Source: Erysipelotrichaceae bacterium
GTDB taxonomy: Bacteria; Bacillota_I; Bacilli_A; Erysipelotrichales; Erysipelotrichaceae
Reading direction: 5' to 3'
NCBI GenBank assembly: GCA_030604855.1
Contig: JAUVVC010000002.1
Span: 210,001 to 242,000 of the forward strand
Length of the DNA: 32,000 nucleotides
The translations under genes and the position numbers were made by a program. Under the pieces are notes generated by a model. That model saw only the letters and a program-made list of their open reading frames with translations. It was not told the origin of the DNA and did not search any database. Positions 10,394 through 18,087 of this stretch are shown in pieces. Within the stretch, counting starts at the first letter, position 1. Each line of letters starts with the position of its first letter.

Positions 10394-12448
10394 ATGATGT
10401 TAAAAATTACGAAACTTGCACGCGATTTGCGTTTGAAAAAAAATACAGATGACTACATAAAACGCTTCAATCCACGCTTAGTGATTCTAAGCGCTTTGTT
10501 GATTGGTTTGTTTCTGATCGTATGGATCAACCTTTTTTCCGTTCAGGTCCTAAGAAACAATGAGTATCGTGAAAAGTTGTACAATTTCACGAAGACCTAT
10601 CAAAACATGGCTTCTCCACGAGGAGAGATCCGTGATCGTAACGGTGAGATTCTTGTTGCCAACCAAGAACGTTTAGCCATCGTCTATTATCCACCCTTGA
10701 ACATCTCTTCGAGCCAAGAATGGGATTTGGCTTATCAATTTGCGAATGACTTTGAGATCGATATCTCCTCATTGACGCAGAGAGATCTAAAAGATGTCTT
10801 CTTGGTGAACTTTCCTAAAGAAGCAGAGACTTTGGTGACTGAAGCAGAATGGGACGCCTATTATGACGGCGACTTGACGGATAATGGCATCTATCAGCTC
10901 AAGATCGAGCGCTTGACAAGCACTCATTTGGATCAGTTGTCGGAGATGATGATCAAAGCATATCAAGTGAAACAAGCCATGAATCAAGCGCCTCGTTTCA
11001 GTCTGAAAACAATCAAAGACAATGTGAGCATCGATGAGATTTCATATTTGATCGCAAATTCAAATCGCTATAAAGGCTTTGATGTCTATGTCTACTTTGA
11101 TCGTTCCTATCCCTACGACACCATGCTTCGTGGTTTGTTGGGTGGGGTCACGAGTTCAAGACAAGGTTTGTTATCGGAACGCTTGAACTATTATCTTGCA
11201 CTTGGTTATTCACGAAACAGTTCTATGGGCCGCAGTGGGGTCGAGTATCAATACGAATCCCTTCTCAAAGGTCAAGATACAGCCTATACCGTAGAATACA
11301 ATGAACAAGGTTTGGCAATCTTCAATGAAGCAATCGTGGGTACGAAAGGTCAGGACTTAAGAACTTCGATTGACGTGAATCTACAACTAAAAGTAGAAGA
11401 AATTTTAACGAACAATTTCATACAAGAAGCCAACAATCCGTATCGGAAATACATGGATACGATCTATGTCGTTGTGAGTGATCCTAAGACAGGGGATATT
11501 TTGAGTATGGCAGGGATGAAGAAAGAAAATGACATCATCTACAACAACCCTGTGGCAACCTATACGGAATCTTTGGCTGCAGGATCATCCATCAAAGGTG
11601 CCACGATGTATTTGGGATACGATGAGAAACTGGTGCGTTTCAATGAATACATTGTCGACGAACCCATTAAGATTGCAGATACACCCTTAAAGAAAAGTTT
11701 ACGTGATCTGGGCCGAATCAATGATCTCGTCGCCTTGTCGAAATCAAGCAATGTTTACATGTTCCATATCGCGATGCGTTTGGGGGGTGCGAACTACGTA
11801 TACAATGGTCCATTGAACATCGATAAACAAGCCTTTACGACGATTCGAAACACCTTCAGCCAGTTTGGATTGGGAACATTGACTGGGATCGATGTACCGA
11901 ATGAAACGGTTGGATATATTGGAACTTCGACCTTGGGGGGACATTTATTGGATTTCGTAATTGGACAATACGATACCTATACGACTCTGCAATTGGCTCA
12001 ATACATCAACACGATTGCCAATGATGGTGTACGTGTCAAACCACGTGTCGTCATCGAGGCGAGTATGACGAATTCAGATGTGACAAGCTACACGAATCCC
12101 GTGACAGTGTTGTCCACACTGGACAATTTGCCTGCGATCAAACGTGTTCAAGATGGATTCAGACTCTGTGTGACCGACGGGTACTGTACAGCACTCAAAA
12201 ATCTACCGGTTGCGGTTGCGGCTAAGACAGGAACAGCTGAAGCATTTATGAGTGATGAGGCTGGCAATTATTTTGATTCACCAAATTCACTTTTAGTTTC
12301 ATATGCACCCTTTGAAGCGCCTGAGATATCCATTGCTTGTGCGATCCCACATGCATGGAATGATACGTCACAAACCAATGCCTGTTTAGGCATCAGTCGC
12401 GATATATATGCATATTATTTCAGTGAAATATCACGGAATGAAAATTGA
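10394..12448 (+). CDS. Class B penicillin-binding protein (transpeptidase)
   Basis: N-terminal TM anchor (LVILSALLIGLFLIVWINLF), then a dimerisation domain and a transpeptidase domain with SxxK (SSIK), SxN (SSN) and KTG (KTGTAE). The start is taken at the ATG-ATG pair at 10394/10397. The ORF-track extension to 10298 overlaps the ispG 5' end on the other strand. Confidence 0.85.
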   Translation: MMLKITKLARDLRLKKNTDDYIKRFNPRLVILSALLIGLFLIVWINLFSVQVLRNNEYREKLYNFTKTYQNMASPRGEIRDRNGEILVANQERLAIVYYPPLNISSSQEWDLAYQFANDFEIDISSLTQRDLKDVFLVNFPKEAETLVTEAEWDAYYDGDLTDNGIYQLKIERLTSTHLDQLSEMMIKAYQVKQAMNQAPRFSLKTIKDNVSIDEISYLIANSNRYKGFDVYVYFDRSYPYDTMLRGLLGGVTSSRQGLLSERLNYYLALGYSRNSSMGRSGVEYQYESLLKGQDTAYTVEYNEQGLAIFNEAIVGTKGQDLRTSIDVNLQLKVEEILTNNFIQEANNPYRKYMDTIYVVVSDPKTGDILSMAGMKKENDIIYNNPVATYTESLAAGSSIKGATMYLGYDEKLVRFNEYIVDEPIKIADTPLKKSLRDLGRINDLVALSKSSNVYMFHIAMRLGGANYVYNGPLNIDKQAFTTIRNTFSQFGLGTLTGIDVPNETVGYIGTSTLGGHLLDFVIGQYDTYTTLQLAQYINTIANDGVRVKPRVVIEASMTNSDVTSYTNPVTVLSTLDNLPAIKRVQDGFRLCVTDGYCTALKNLPVAVAAKTGTAEAFMSDEAGNYFDSPNSLLVSYAPFEAPEISIACAIPHAWNDTSQTNACLGISRDIYAYYFSEISRNEN

Positions 12449-12477
12449 TGACAAATTCATATGATTTGTGCTATATT
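12448..12477 (+). promoter_or_regulatory. Extended -10 promoter for rpmG
   Basis: TGACAA (12449-12454), a 17-nt spacer, then TGcTATATT (12469-12477), about 25 nt upstream of the rpmG ATG. Confidence 0.5.
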
Positions 12478-12502
12478 AATATAGCGTAGCGAGGAAAGTG
12501 AA

Positions 12503-12652
12503 ATGAGAGAAAATCTAACTTTGATGTGTACGGAGTGTAAAGAAGAAAACTACATCAACACCCGTAACAAGAAAAAACATCCTGAACGTATGCAGGTCAA
12601 TAAATATTGCCCTCGTTGCAATAAGCAAACCGTTCACAGGGAGAAGAAATAA
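12503..12652 (+). CDS. rpmG: 50S ribosomal protein L33, zinc-ribbon (C+) form
   Basis: Translated by hand: [49 protein letters not shown] (49 aa; CxxC...CxxC). A GAGGAAAG RBS lies upstream. It is absent from the ORF track because it is shorter than 60 aa. Confidence 0.9.
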   Translation: MRENLTLMCTECKEENYINTRNKKKHPERMQVNKYCPRCNKQTVHREKK

Positions 12653-12673
12653 AAAGGCCGTTGAGGCTTTTTT
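12651..12673 (+). terminator. Weak rho-independent terminator after rpmG
   Basis: AAAAAGGCC-GTTGA-GGCTTTTTT. The stem has only 3 G:C pairs plus A:U and G:U pairs and merges into a T-run. Read-through into the MBL hydrolase gene is likely. Confidence 0.45.
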
Positions 12674-12684
12674 GTTAGCTTGAT

Positions 12685-13278
12685 ATGGAAGTCAGAACCA
12701 TCGTTTTAGGCTTGTTTCAGACGAATACCTACCTTTTGGTGGAGGAAAACGAAGTTGTTATCATCGATCCTGTAAGCAAGGCTGAGCGCATACAAACCAA
12801 GATTCAAGGACATGAAAAGGTGATCGGTATTCTTTTGACACACGGCCATTTTGATCACATCGGAGCTGTCGATGATTTGGCAGAGCTCTATCAATGTCCG
12901 GTTTTCCTTCATTATGAGGATTATGAATTGACTCAAGATCCACAAAAAAATTACTCACAGACAAAGAAGATCAAACTTAAATCAAAGCTTAGCTTCTTTG
13001 ATGATCAACTGCAGCTGGGACATTTCATATTCACGATTCATCATACCCCGGGGCATACTCCAGGGTCCGTATGTATCGAATATAAAGACCTCTTGTTTAC
13101 GGGTGACACTTTGTTCAAAGAAAGTGTCGGTCGAACCGATCTCTATCGCGGAAATCCACAAGAACTTAAGCAAAGCCTACGGCAAATTGCAAAGATGGAT
13201 CCATTGATGAAAATATATCCTGGACATGAAGCGCAATCCAGTTTAGCGCATGAGTTCAAAAACAACCCTTACTTCTAA
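12685..13278 (+). CDS. Metallo-beta-lactamase-fold hydrolase (YqgX/glyoxalase II-like)
   Basis: 197 aa with an HxHxDH motif (THGHFDHIG) and downstream His/Asp ligands (HHTPGHTPGS, GDTLF, PGHE). Confidence 0.8.
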   Translation: MEVRTIVLGLFQTNTYLLVEENEVVIIDPVSKAERIQTKIQGHEKVIGILLTHGHFDHIGAVDDLAELYQCPVFLHYEDYELTQDPQKNYSQTKKIKLKSKLSFFDDQLQLGHFIFTIHHTPGHTPGSVCIEYKDLLFTGDTLFKESVGRTDLYRGNPQELKQSLRQIAKMDPLMKIYPGHEAQSSLAHEFKNNPYF

Positions 13279-13305
13279 GACCCCATAAACAGGGGTCTTT
13301 TCTTT
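13277..13305 (+). terminator. Rho-independent terminator after the MBL hydrolase gene, upstream of comGA
   Basis: Stem AAGACCCC / GGGGTCTT with a 7-nt loop, followed by TTCTTT. Confidence 0.8.
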
Positions 13306-13338
13306 AGGAGTTCATCATTAGTCTGCGTAAGTATAAGT

Positions 13339-14229
13339 ATGAACTGTGAAAAGATATTTCGAAAACTGATTGTTCAAGCGATTGAAAACAATGCCAGTGA
13401 TATTCATCTCGAGATATCAAAACTTGGATCACATTGTGAATTTAGAACACTTCAAGGTTTGATACGATATGAGTCGATCAAAGTGGTACCGGAGCTCTTT
13501 TCATACATCAAATACATATCCAATCTCGATTTATACACGGATCGTAAACCACAATCAGGTCGAATCGTCATGCGTGTTTTCAATCGAGACATCTATTTAA
13601 GTATCGCACATTTTAAAAACTACTTGATTGAAACCATGGTTTTAAGAATCTTAAATCCTCAACAGCGCCTCAGTTTCGAATCATTGTTCAATACGAGTGA
13701 ACAGATGATCATTCAAGAAATGATCGCCAGGAACTCAGGCTTGATTCTTTTTGCAGGGAGTACTGGAAGTGGTAAATCCACAAGTTTGTTCACTTTGATT
13801 CATCATCTAAGGGAGCAAAAAATCTATGCGATCGAGGATCCTGTTGAATTCTATTATCCAAACTTAGTGCAACTTGAAATCAATCCTTCCATAAACTTTG
13901 ACTTTGAGGCCGCGATCAAACAGGTCTTACGCCATGATCCCAATGTCATCATCATTGGTGAAATAAGAGATGAGAAAGAAGCAAAGGCTGCGATTCGTTG
14001 TGCGTACAGCGGACATCTTGTCTTATCCACGATACATGCCAATGATGCTTATTCTGTAGTGGGTCGATTGGAAAACTTCAATATCAACAAACAAGAAATT
14101 AAGCAGGTTCTAAATGGAATCATTTATCAAAAATTACTTCATGATGATCAAAAGAAAATGCGCTTCGCTGCTTATGAAATCATCAATCACTATCAAATCC
14201 AAGCAACGCTTAAACACGATGCAGATTGA
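13339..14229 (+). CDS. comGA: Competence pseudopilus assembly ATPase ComGA (type II/IV secretion NTPase family)
   Basis: Walker A (GSTGSGKST), Walker B (VIIIGEIRD) and His box (LVLSTIHAN). It is the first gene of a comG-ordered operon. At 296 aa it is at the short end for the family. Confidence 0.85.
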   Translation: MNCEKIFRKLIVQAIENNASDIHLEISKLGSHCEFRTLQGLIRYESIKVVPELFSYIKYISNLDLYTDRKPQSGRIVMRVFNRDIYLSIAHFKNYLIETMVLRILNPQQRLSFESLFNTSEQMIIQEMIARNSGLILFAGSTGSGKSTSLFTLIHHLREQKIYAIEDPVEFYYPNLVQLEINPSINFDFEAAIKQVLRHDPNVIIIGEIRDEKEAKAAIRCAYSGHLVLSTIHANDAYSVVGRLENFNINKQEIKQVLNGIIYQKLLHDDQKKMRFAAYEIINHYQIQATLKHDAD

Positions 14230-15115
14230 ACTGTTGCTGGAGTGTATCGAAAACAAACTCAATTTTGATGAGATTCATCGCATTCTTGGTATCGATCTAA
14301 GCCATGACAAGTGGATCGTCTATCTAAGTGAACGTGAGCAAGCCGATGTCCACCGATTGAGCAAATATCTTCATCCACTCGATGTCTTGGTCTTAATGTT
14401 TAAATCAAAGCTGAACATGCAGAACCGAAACATGTTTATCAATCAGATTTTCGCTTATCCAACGCTTTTGTACTTTTTAAGTTTGAATCTCATGAGTTTC
14501 GTGATTCTAAGCTTGATTCCTTCAACCTATACAAGTTTGCTTGTAATAAGCAAGCAGCAACCCAAGCTCCTCTTGAGTTTACTGCAGTTTTTTATCGGAT
14601 TGGAGTGGGGAGTGCTGATACTCGCTCTCTTACTTCTGAGCAGACAACATAAGCTTCCTCACTTCGAAATTTATGCTTATTTCTACAAAAGAAAAAGCCA
14701 AAATCTGATCACATTATGGCAGAGTCATACTTTTGCCACTAGTCTTCATCACTTGAATACACGTGCCATACCTTTACATACGTCGATTGAAATATTGAGT
14801 GAGAGTTCTTCGTTGATTCAGAAAAAGATCGCATTGCATATTCAAACCAAGCTTGAGCAAGGAACACGACTTCAACATGCCTTTGATTATTTGGATGATC
14901 AGTTGGGACATACTTTAGGTATTGAGGATTTTGAACGAAAAATTGATGTTCGCTTAGAGCGCTATCTGCATATTCTTGAAAAGCAGATACGGTATCAGAT
15001 AAAACGATATGCAGGTATTTTTACAGTTTTTGTTTACTCACATATCACTTTAATGGTTGTCTTAGTCTATTCAACGCTCTTATACCCATTACAACTTTTG
15101 GAGCAAATCGTATGA
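14219..15115 (+). CDS. comGB: Competence pseudopilus platform membrane protein ComGB (GspF/PilC-like)
   Basis: Polytopic membrane protein located between comGA and comGC. ATG 14219 overlaps the comGA stop by 11 nt. The ORF-track start at 14114 lies inside comGA. Confidence 0.7.
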   Translation: MQIELLLECIENKLNFDEIHRILGIDLSHDKWIVYLSEREQADVHRLSKYLHPLDVLVLMFKSKLNMQNRNMFINQIFAYPTLLYFLSLNLMSFVILSLIPSTYTSLLVISKQQPKLLLSLLQFFIGLEWGVLILALLLLSRQHKLPHFEIYAYFYKRKSQNLITLWQSHTFATSLHHLNTRAIPLHTSIEILSESSSLIQKKIALHIQTKLEQGTRLQHAFDYLDDQLGHTLGIEDFERKIDVRLERYLHILEKQIRYQIKRYAGIFTVFVYSHITLMVVLVYSTLLYPLQLLEQIV

Positions 15116-15408
15116 ACAAACGTGGTTTTACGCTGTTAGAGATGATCTTTGTATTGTCCGTCATCAGTCTTGTCTTCTTACTCACAATTCCCAACATTCA
15201 AAAAGCTTTGAATCTCTTACATAATAAGGGCTGTGAAGCCCAAGTCACGCTTGTGGATGGTGCGATTCTTCAGTATGAGCTGACATACTTGAACCCACCC
15301 AGCTCCATTCAAGAATTGATTGATGAAGGATACTTGAGTGAAAGCCAAAGTGTCTGCCAAGACAATCGAAGCATCGAAGTCATCGATGGCCAGGCAAATG
15401 TCCAATAA
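15112..15408 (+). CDS. comGC: Major competence pseudopilin ComGC (type IV prepilin)
   Basis: Class III signal MNKRG|FTLLEMIFVLSVISLVFLL with Gly at -1 and Glu at +5. ATGA overlap with the comGB stop. GGAG RBS 8 nt upstream. Confidence 0.88.
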   Translation: MNKRGFTLLEMIFVLSVISLVFLLTIPNIQKALNLLHNKGCEAQVTLVDGAILQYELTYLNPPSSIQELIDEGYLSESQSVCQDNRSIEVIDGQANVQ

Positions 15409-15721
15409 AGGTTTCACCTTGATTGAAATGTGCCTTGTATTGATGATCATCAGTATGCTTTCAATCATCCCATTTGATCGTGCGATCATTTCAATACAAT
15501 TAAAGGAGATCCTAAATGAACTTATCACGATTCAGTATCGAGCATTCACAACGCTTGAGAAGCAATCGATTGACTTGTCAATTTCCGATCAAACCGTTAC
15601 ATACAACACCAAAGGAAACATATCACAAGCAATGCGGATTGAGCTGCCGGAACAACGTATACGACTCACGCTTATGCTTGCGACGGGACGTATTTTCGTG
15701 CGAAGGGTCGAGCTTGATTGA
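15398..15721 (+). CDS. comGD: Minor competence pseudopilin ComGD
   Basis: Prepilin signal MSNKG|FTLIEMCLVLMIISML at ATG 15398, overlapping the comGC stop by 11 nt. The ORF-track start at 15338 lies inside comGC. Confidence 0.8.
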   Translation: MSNKGFTLIEMCLVLMIISMLSIIPFDRAIISIQLKEILNELITIQYRAFTTLEKQSIDLSISDQTVTYNTKGNISQAMRIELPEQRIRLTLMLATGRIFVRRVELD

Positions 15722-15866
15722 AGTCTTGATCGTATTTGTTATGATCAATGTGATGTTGAATCTTAGTCTTGGACTGCTTGTGTTAAGCAACGATCGGGAT
15801 TATACACGGATCGAAATCAAAGAGGGGTGTGATATCGAATGCGTCATCAAAATGGATATACCTTGA
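15678..15866 (+). CDS. comGE: Minor competence pseudopilin ComGE-like; start codon uncertain
   Basis: The frame contains a prepilin-like ...CEG|SSLIEVLIVFVMINVML segment. No in-frame ATG precedes it. The nearest in-frame start is TTG 15678. An alternative TTG at 15714 is preceded by GAAGGG but would remove the leader. Position in the operon matches comGE. Confidence 0.5.
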   Translation: MRRDVFSCEGSSLIEVLIVFVMINVMLNLSLGLLVLSNDRDYTRIEIKEGCDIECVIKMDIP

Positions 15867-16240
15867 TTGAGCTTCTTGTTTGTCTGTCCTTATTCGCATT
15901 GTTGAGTCCTATTGCCATTAGGCTTATTCAGTTTCAAATCAGATTTCCAGATCAGAACACACTGCGGCAGAATCAACTTGGTATACTGCAATTGCGTCGT
16001 TATATGAGTTTAGGTCTAAGTCATAAAATTGATGAGGATCGTGTCTGCATGCTGTATCAAGATGAAGAATTCTGCTTCTACATGCATGAAAACAGTTTAA
16101 TTGGTACTCCAGGCACGCAATTCTTTTTAGTGGACTTAGAAACACTTCGATTTTATGTTCATGATCATTGGCTGATTTTATCGTATCGATCTCAAAATCG
16201 CGATCACGTGTATCACATGTTATACAATGCGAAGTTCTAA
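15839..16240 (+). CDS. comGF: Minor competence pseudopilin ComGF
   Basis: Prepilin signal MRHQNG|YTLIELLVCLSLFALL; sixth gene of the operon. Confidence 0.78.
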   Translation: MRHQNGYTLIELLVCLSLFALLSPIAIRLIQFQIRFPDQNTLRQNQLGILQLRRYMSLGLSHKIDEDRVCMLYQDEEFCFYMHENSLIGTPGTQFFLVDLETLRFYVHDHWLILSYRSQNRDHVYHMLYNAKF

Positions 16241-16610
16241 TCTTCTTTCATTTTTGATTTTTCTCTATATCCAATTTTTGAAACTATATCTTACCAATTT
16301 GAATATTGTCTCAAACATCATACTAGAGCAAGCGCAATACTCTAGATGGGAACGCTTCTCTTTTATTGAAGCGTATGCCATTCAAAGAACTGTGAAGCAA
16401 TTCAAAGACTACAGATTCGATGCGATTTACTTTGAAACAAGTCTAGGTGATGTACATATCGTATTTGTGGATGAATCTGCTTATCTTCATTTTGATTTTG
16501 AGACTGAAGTTTTTGCACGATTGGATTATGACCTTGTGTACGATTCAGCCTTGGCATATGACATCATTCCAGAAGCTTTGGTCCCAAGTGTTGACAAAAT
16601 CTCGCATTAG
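16227..16610 (+). CDS. comGG: ComGG-like protein, last gene of the comG operon
   Basis: 127 aa with a hydrophobic N-terminus (LLSFLIFLYIQFL) and no G/E prepilin motif, as is typical for ComGG. Assigned by position; overlaps comGF by 14 nt. Confidence 0.6.
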   Translation: MRSSNLLSFLIFLYIQFLKLYLTNLNIVSNIILEQAQYSRWERFSFIEAYAIQRTVKQFKDYRFDAIYFETSLGDVHIVFVDESAYLHFDFETEVFARLDYDLVYDSALAYDIIPEALVPSVDKISH

Positions 16611-16618
16611 CATAAAAT
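16591..16618 (+). promoter_or_regulatory. SigA-type promoter for efp, inside the comGG 3' end
   Basis: TTGACA (16591-16596), a 16-nt spacer, then TAAAAT (16613-16618). The efp RBS AAGGAGA follows at 16631-16637. Confidence 0.6.
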
Positions 16619-16643
16619 AAATATGGCTACAAGGAGAAAAGAT

Positions 16644-17201
16644 ATGATTATCGTAAACGATTTAAGACCAGGAATAACCTTTGTATATGAAAACAATATT
16701 TACAGTGTGATTGAAGCATCTCATAATAAAACAGCAATGCGTCAAATGATCATCAAAGCGAAAGCACGTAACCTACGTTCGGGCTCTATCATTGAAATAT
16801 CATTCACAGGCGGAGATAAAGTCGAACCTGCTCACATTGATAAGAAAGAGATGCAGTACCTTTACGATTCTGGCGATGCATTGGTATTTATGGATACCAA
16901 CACATATGAGCAGATTGAAATCCAGAAATCGAATCTGACATGGGAATTGAACTTTTTGAAACCAAATGACAATGTGAACATCTCATCTTATGAGAATGAG
17001 ATTCTTGGTTTGATTCTTCCAGATAAAGTGACTTTGCAAATCATCGAAACAGAACCCGCTGTTAAAGGGGACACAGCCACCAATGCATTAAAGAATGCGG
17101 TTGTTGAAACAGGTCTGCAAGTGCGTGTTCCAATGTTTATTGAGCAGGACGAATACATCATCGTCAATACATCGGATGGTAAATACCACAGTCGTGCTTG
17201 A
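16644..17201 (+). CDS. efp: Translation elongation factor P
   Basis: MIIVNDLRPGITF... aligns residue for residue with B. subtilis EF-P (MISVNDFRTGLTI...). AAGGAGA lies 6 nt upstream of ATG 16644. The ORF-track start at 16623 adds 7 non-homologous residues. Confidence 0.93.
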   Translation: MIIVNDLRPGITFVYENNIYSVIEASHNKTAMRQMIIKAKARNLRSGSIIEISFTGGDKVEPAHIDKKEMQYLYDSGDALVFMDTNTYEQIEIQKSNLTWELNFLKPNDNVNISSYENEILGLILPDKVTLQIIETEPAVKGDTATNALKNAVVETGLQVRVPMFIEQDEYIIVNTSDGKYHSRA

Positions 17202-17207
17202 TCAATG

Positions 17208-17237
17208 ATCTCAATCTAAATGATTGAGATTTTTTTT
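17208..17237 (+). terminator. Rho-independent terminator after efp
   Basis: Perfect 9-bp stem ATCTCAATC / GATTGAGAT with a 5-nt loop, followed by a T7 run. Confidence 0.85.
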
Positions 17238-17278
17238 AACATGATCAGAAAATACAGTCTGCATTCTGAAGAAATTAC

Positions 17279-17307
17279 TTGACAACATTTTAACAACCAG
17301 ATAAACT
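17279..17307 (+). promoter_or_regulatory. SigA-type promoter driving the FMN riboswitch and ribU
   Basis: TTGACA (17279-17284), a 17-nt spacer, then TAAACT (17302-17307). Confidence 0.65.
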
Positions 17308-17313
17308 ATAAAT

Positions 17314-17460
17314 GAACTTCAGGGCAGGGTGCAATTCCCGACCGGCGGTATACCCCGCGAGCCGAAAGGCAGAACTGGTTAGATTCCAGTGGCGACAGTA
17401 AAGTCTGGATGAAAGAAAGTTTTTTTCTTTTTTGATTAAGCCCGGAGTCTCGGGTTTTTC
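17314..17460 (+). promoter_or_regulatory. FMN riboswitch (RFN element) with a terminator-type expression platform
   Basis: CTTCAGGGCAGGGTGCAATTCCCGACCGGCGGTA...CCGCGAGCC...GGTTAGATTCCAGTGGCGACAGTAAAGTCTGGATGAAAGAAAG matches the conserved RFN core (AGGGCAGGGTGAAATTCCCGACCGGCGGT...GCCGACAGT.AAGTCTGGATG). A short hairpin CCCGG-AGTC-TCGGG plus T5 follows at 17438-17459, just before the ribU RBS. Confidence 0.9.
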
Positions 17461-17478
17461 TATTCAAGGAGGAAAAAA

Positions 17479-18033
17479 ATGAAAAACACAAAACTCGTTA
17501 CCTTAATTGGTATCATGACCGCTTTATCATTCGTATTGTATTTGATTGAAATTCCGGTTGGATTTTTGTTTCCGAGTGCTCCATTCTTACAACTCGATTT
17601 TAGTGATGTACCAGCGATCCTACTCAGCATTGCGTATGGGCCGATTGTAGGTACAGTCATCAATCTGTTTAAGAATGTATTGCACTTTATCTTTAAGTCA
17701 CAAACACCGGCTGCTTCGGGTGAAATCGCGAACTTTTTTGCAGGTTTGGCACTCTATCTACCGATTTCAGTTTATTATTTCTACATCGTTAAAAACAAGA
17801 AATTTAAGATTGTTCCAAATATCCTATTATTTGGTTTAGGCGTAGCTATGATGGTCGGTGTCATGGTGTTGATCAACTTTACCATTACACTTCCACTTTA
17901 CGGTATTACGGGCGATGTTGAAAAATGGGCTTTCGTGTCTGCGATCACACCTTTCAATATTATGAAGGGATCTCTATTATCGATTCTAACCTTGCTTTTG
18001 TATCCACGATTGACAAAATTCCTAACGAAGTAA
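17479..18033 (+). CDS. ribU: Riboflavin transporter, ECF-type S component RibU
   Basis: 184-aa multi-TM protein immediately downstream of an FMN riboswitch. AAGGAGG RBS at 17466-17472. Confidence 0.8.
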   Translation: MKNTKLVTLIGIMTALSFVLYLIEIPVGFLFPSAPFLQLDFSDVPAILLSIAYGPIVGTVINLFKNVLHFIFKSQTPAASGEIANFFAGLALYLPISVYYFYIVKNKKFKIVPNILLFGLGVAMMVGVMVLINFTITLPLYGITGDVEKWAFVSAITPFNIMKGSLLSILTLLLYPRLTKFLTK

Positions 18034-18043
18034 AAGCTTTACT

Positions 18044-18072
18044 TTTTGATGTATGGAGCGCTATGCTATAAT
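18044..18072 (+). promoter_or_regulatory. Extended -10 promoter for the hypothetical-cmk-der-gpsA unit
   Basis: TGcTATAAT at 18064-18072, with a weak -35 (TTTTGA, 18044-18049) at 17-nt spacing. Confidence 0.5.
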
Positions 18073-18087
18073 GTGTGAGAGGTAAAT

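Noticed and set aside
12451-12469. Imperfect palindrome ACAAATTCATATGATTTGT in the rpmG promoter spacer; considered as a Zur or other repressor box or a PBP terminator.
   Set aside because: It has a one-nt asymmetry and no resemblance to the Firmicute Zur box as I recall it. This L33 is the zinc-binding C+ form, which is not normally Zur-regulated. No U-tract follows, so it is not a terminator.
13279-13338. Searched for ComK boxes (AAAA-N5-TTTT pairs) or a ComX cin-box (TACGAATA) upstream of comGA.
   Set aside because: The closest string, TGCGTAAGTATAAG, matches only about 4 of 8 positions of the cin-box. No A/T-tract dimer is present. Not reportable as a site.
17306-17663. Minus-strand ORFs 17306-17491 (61 aa) and 17460-17663 (67 aa).
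   Set aside because: They lie antisense to the FMN riboswitch and the ribU 5' end, have no RBS and have low-complexity translations. The plus-strand RNA element and ribU explain the sequence fully.
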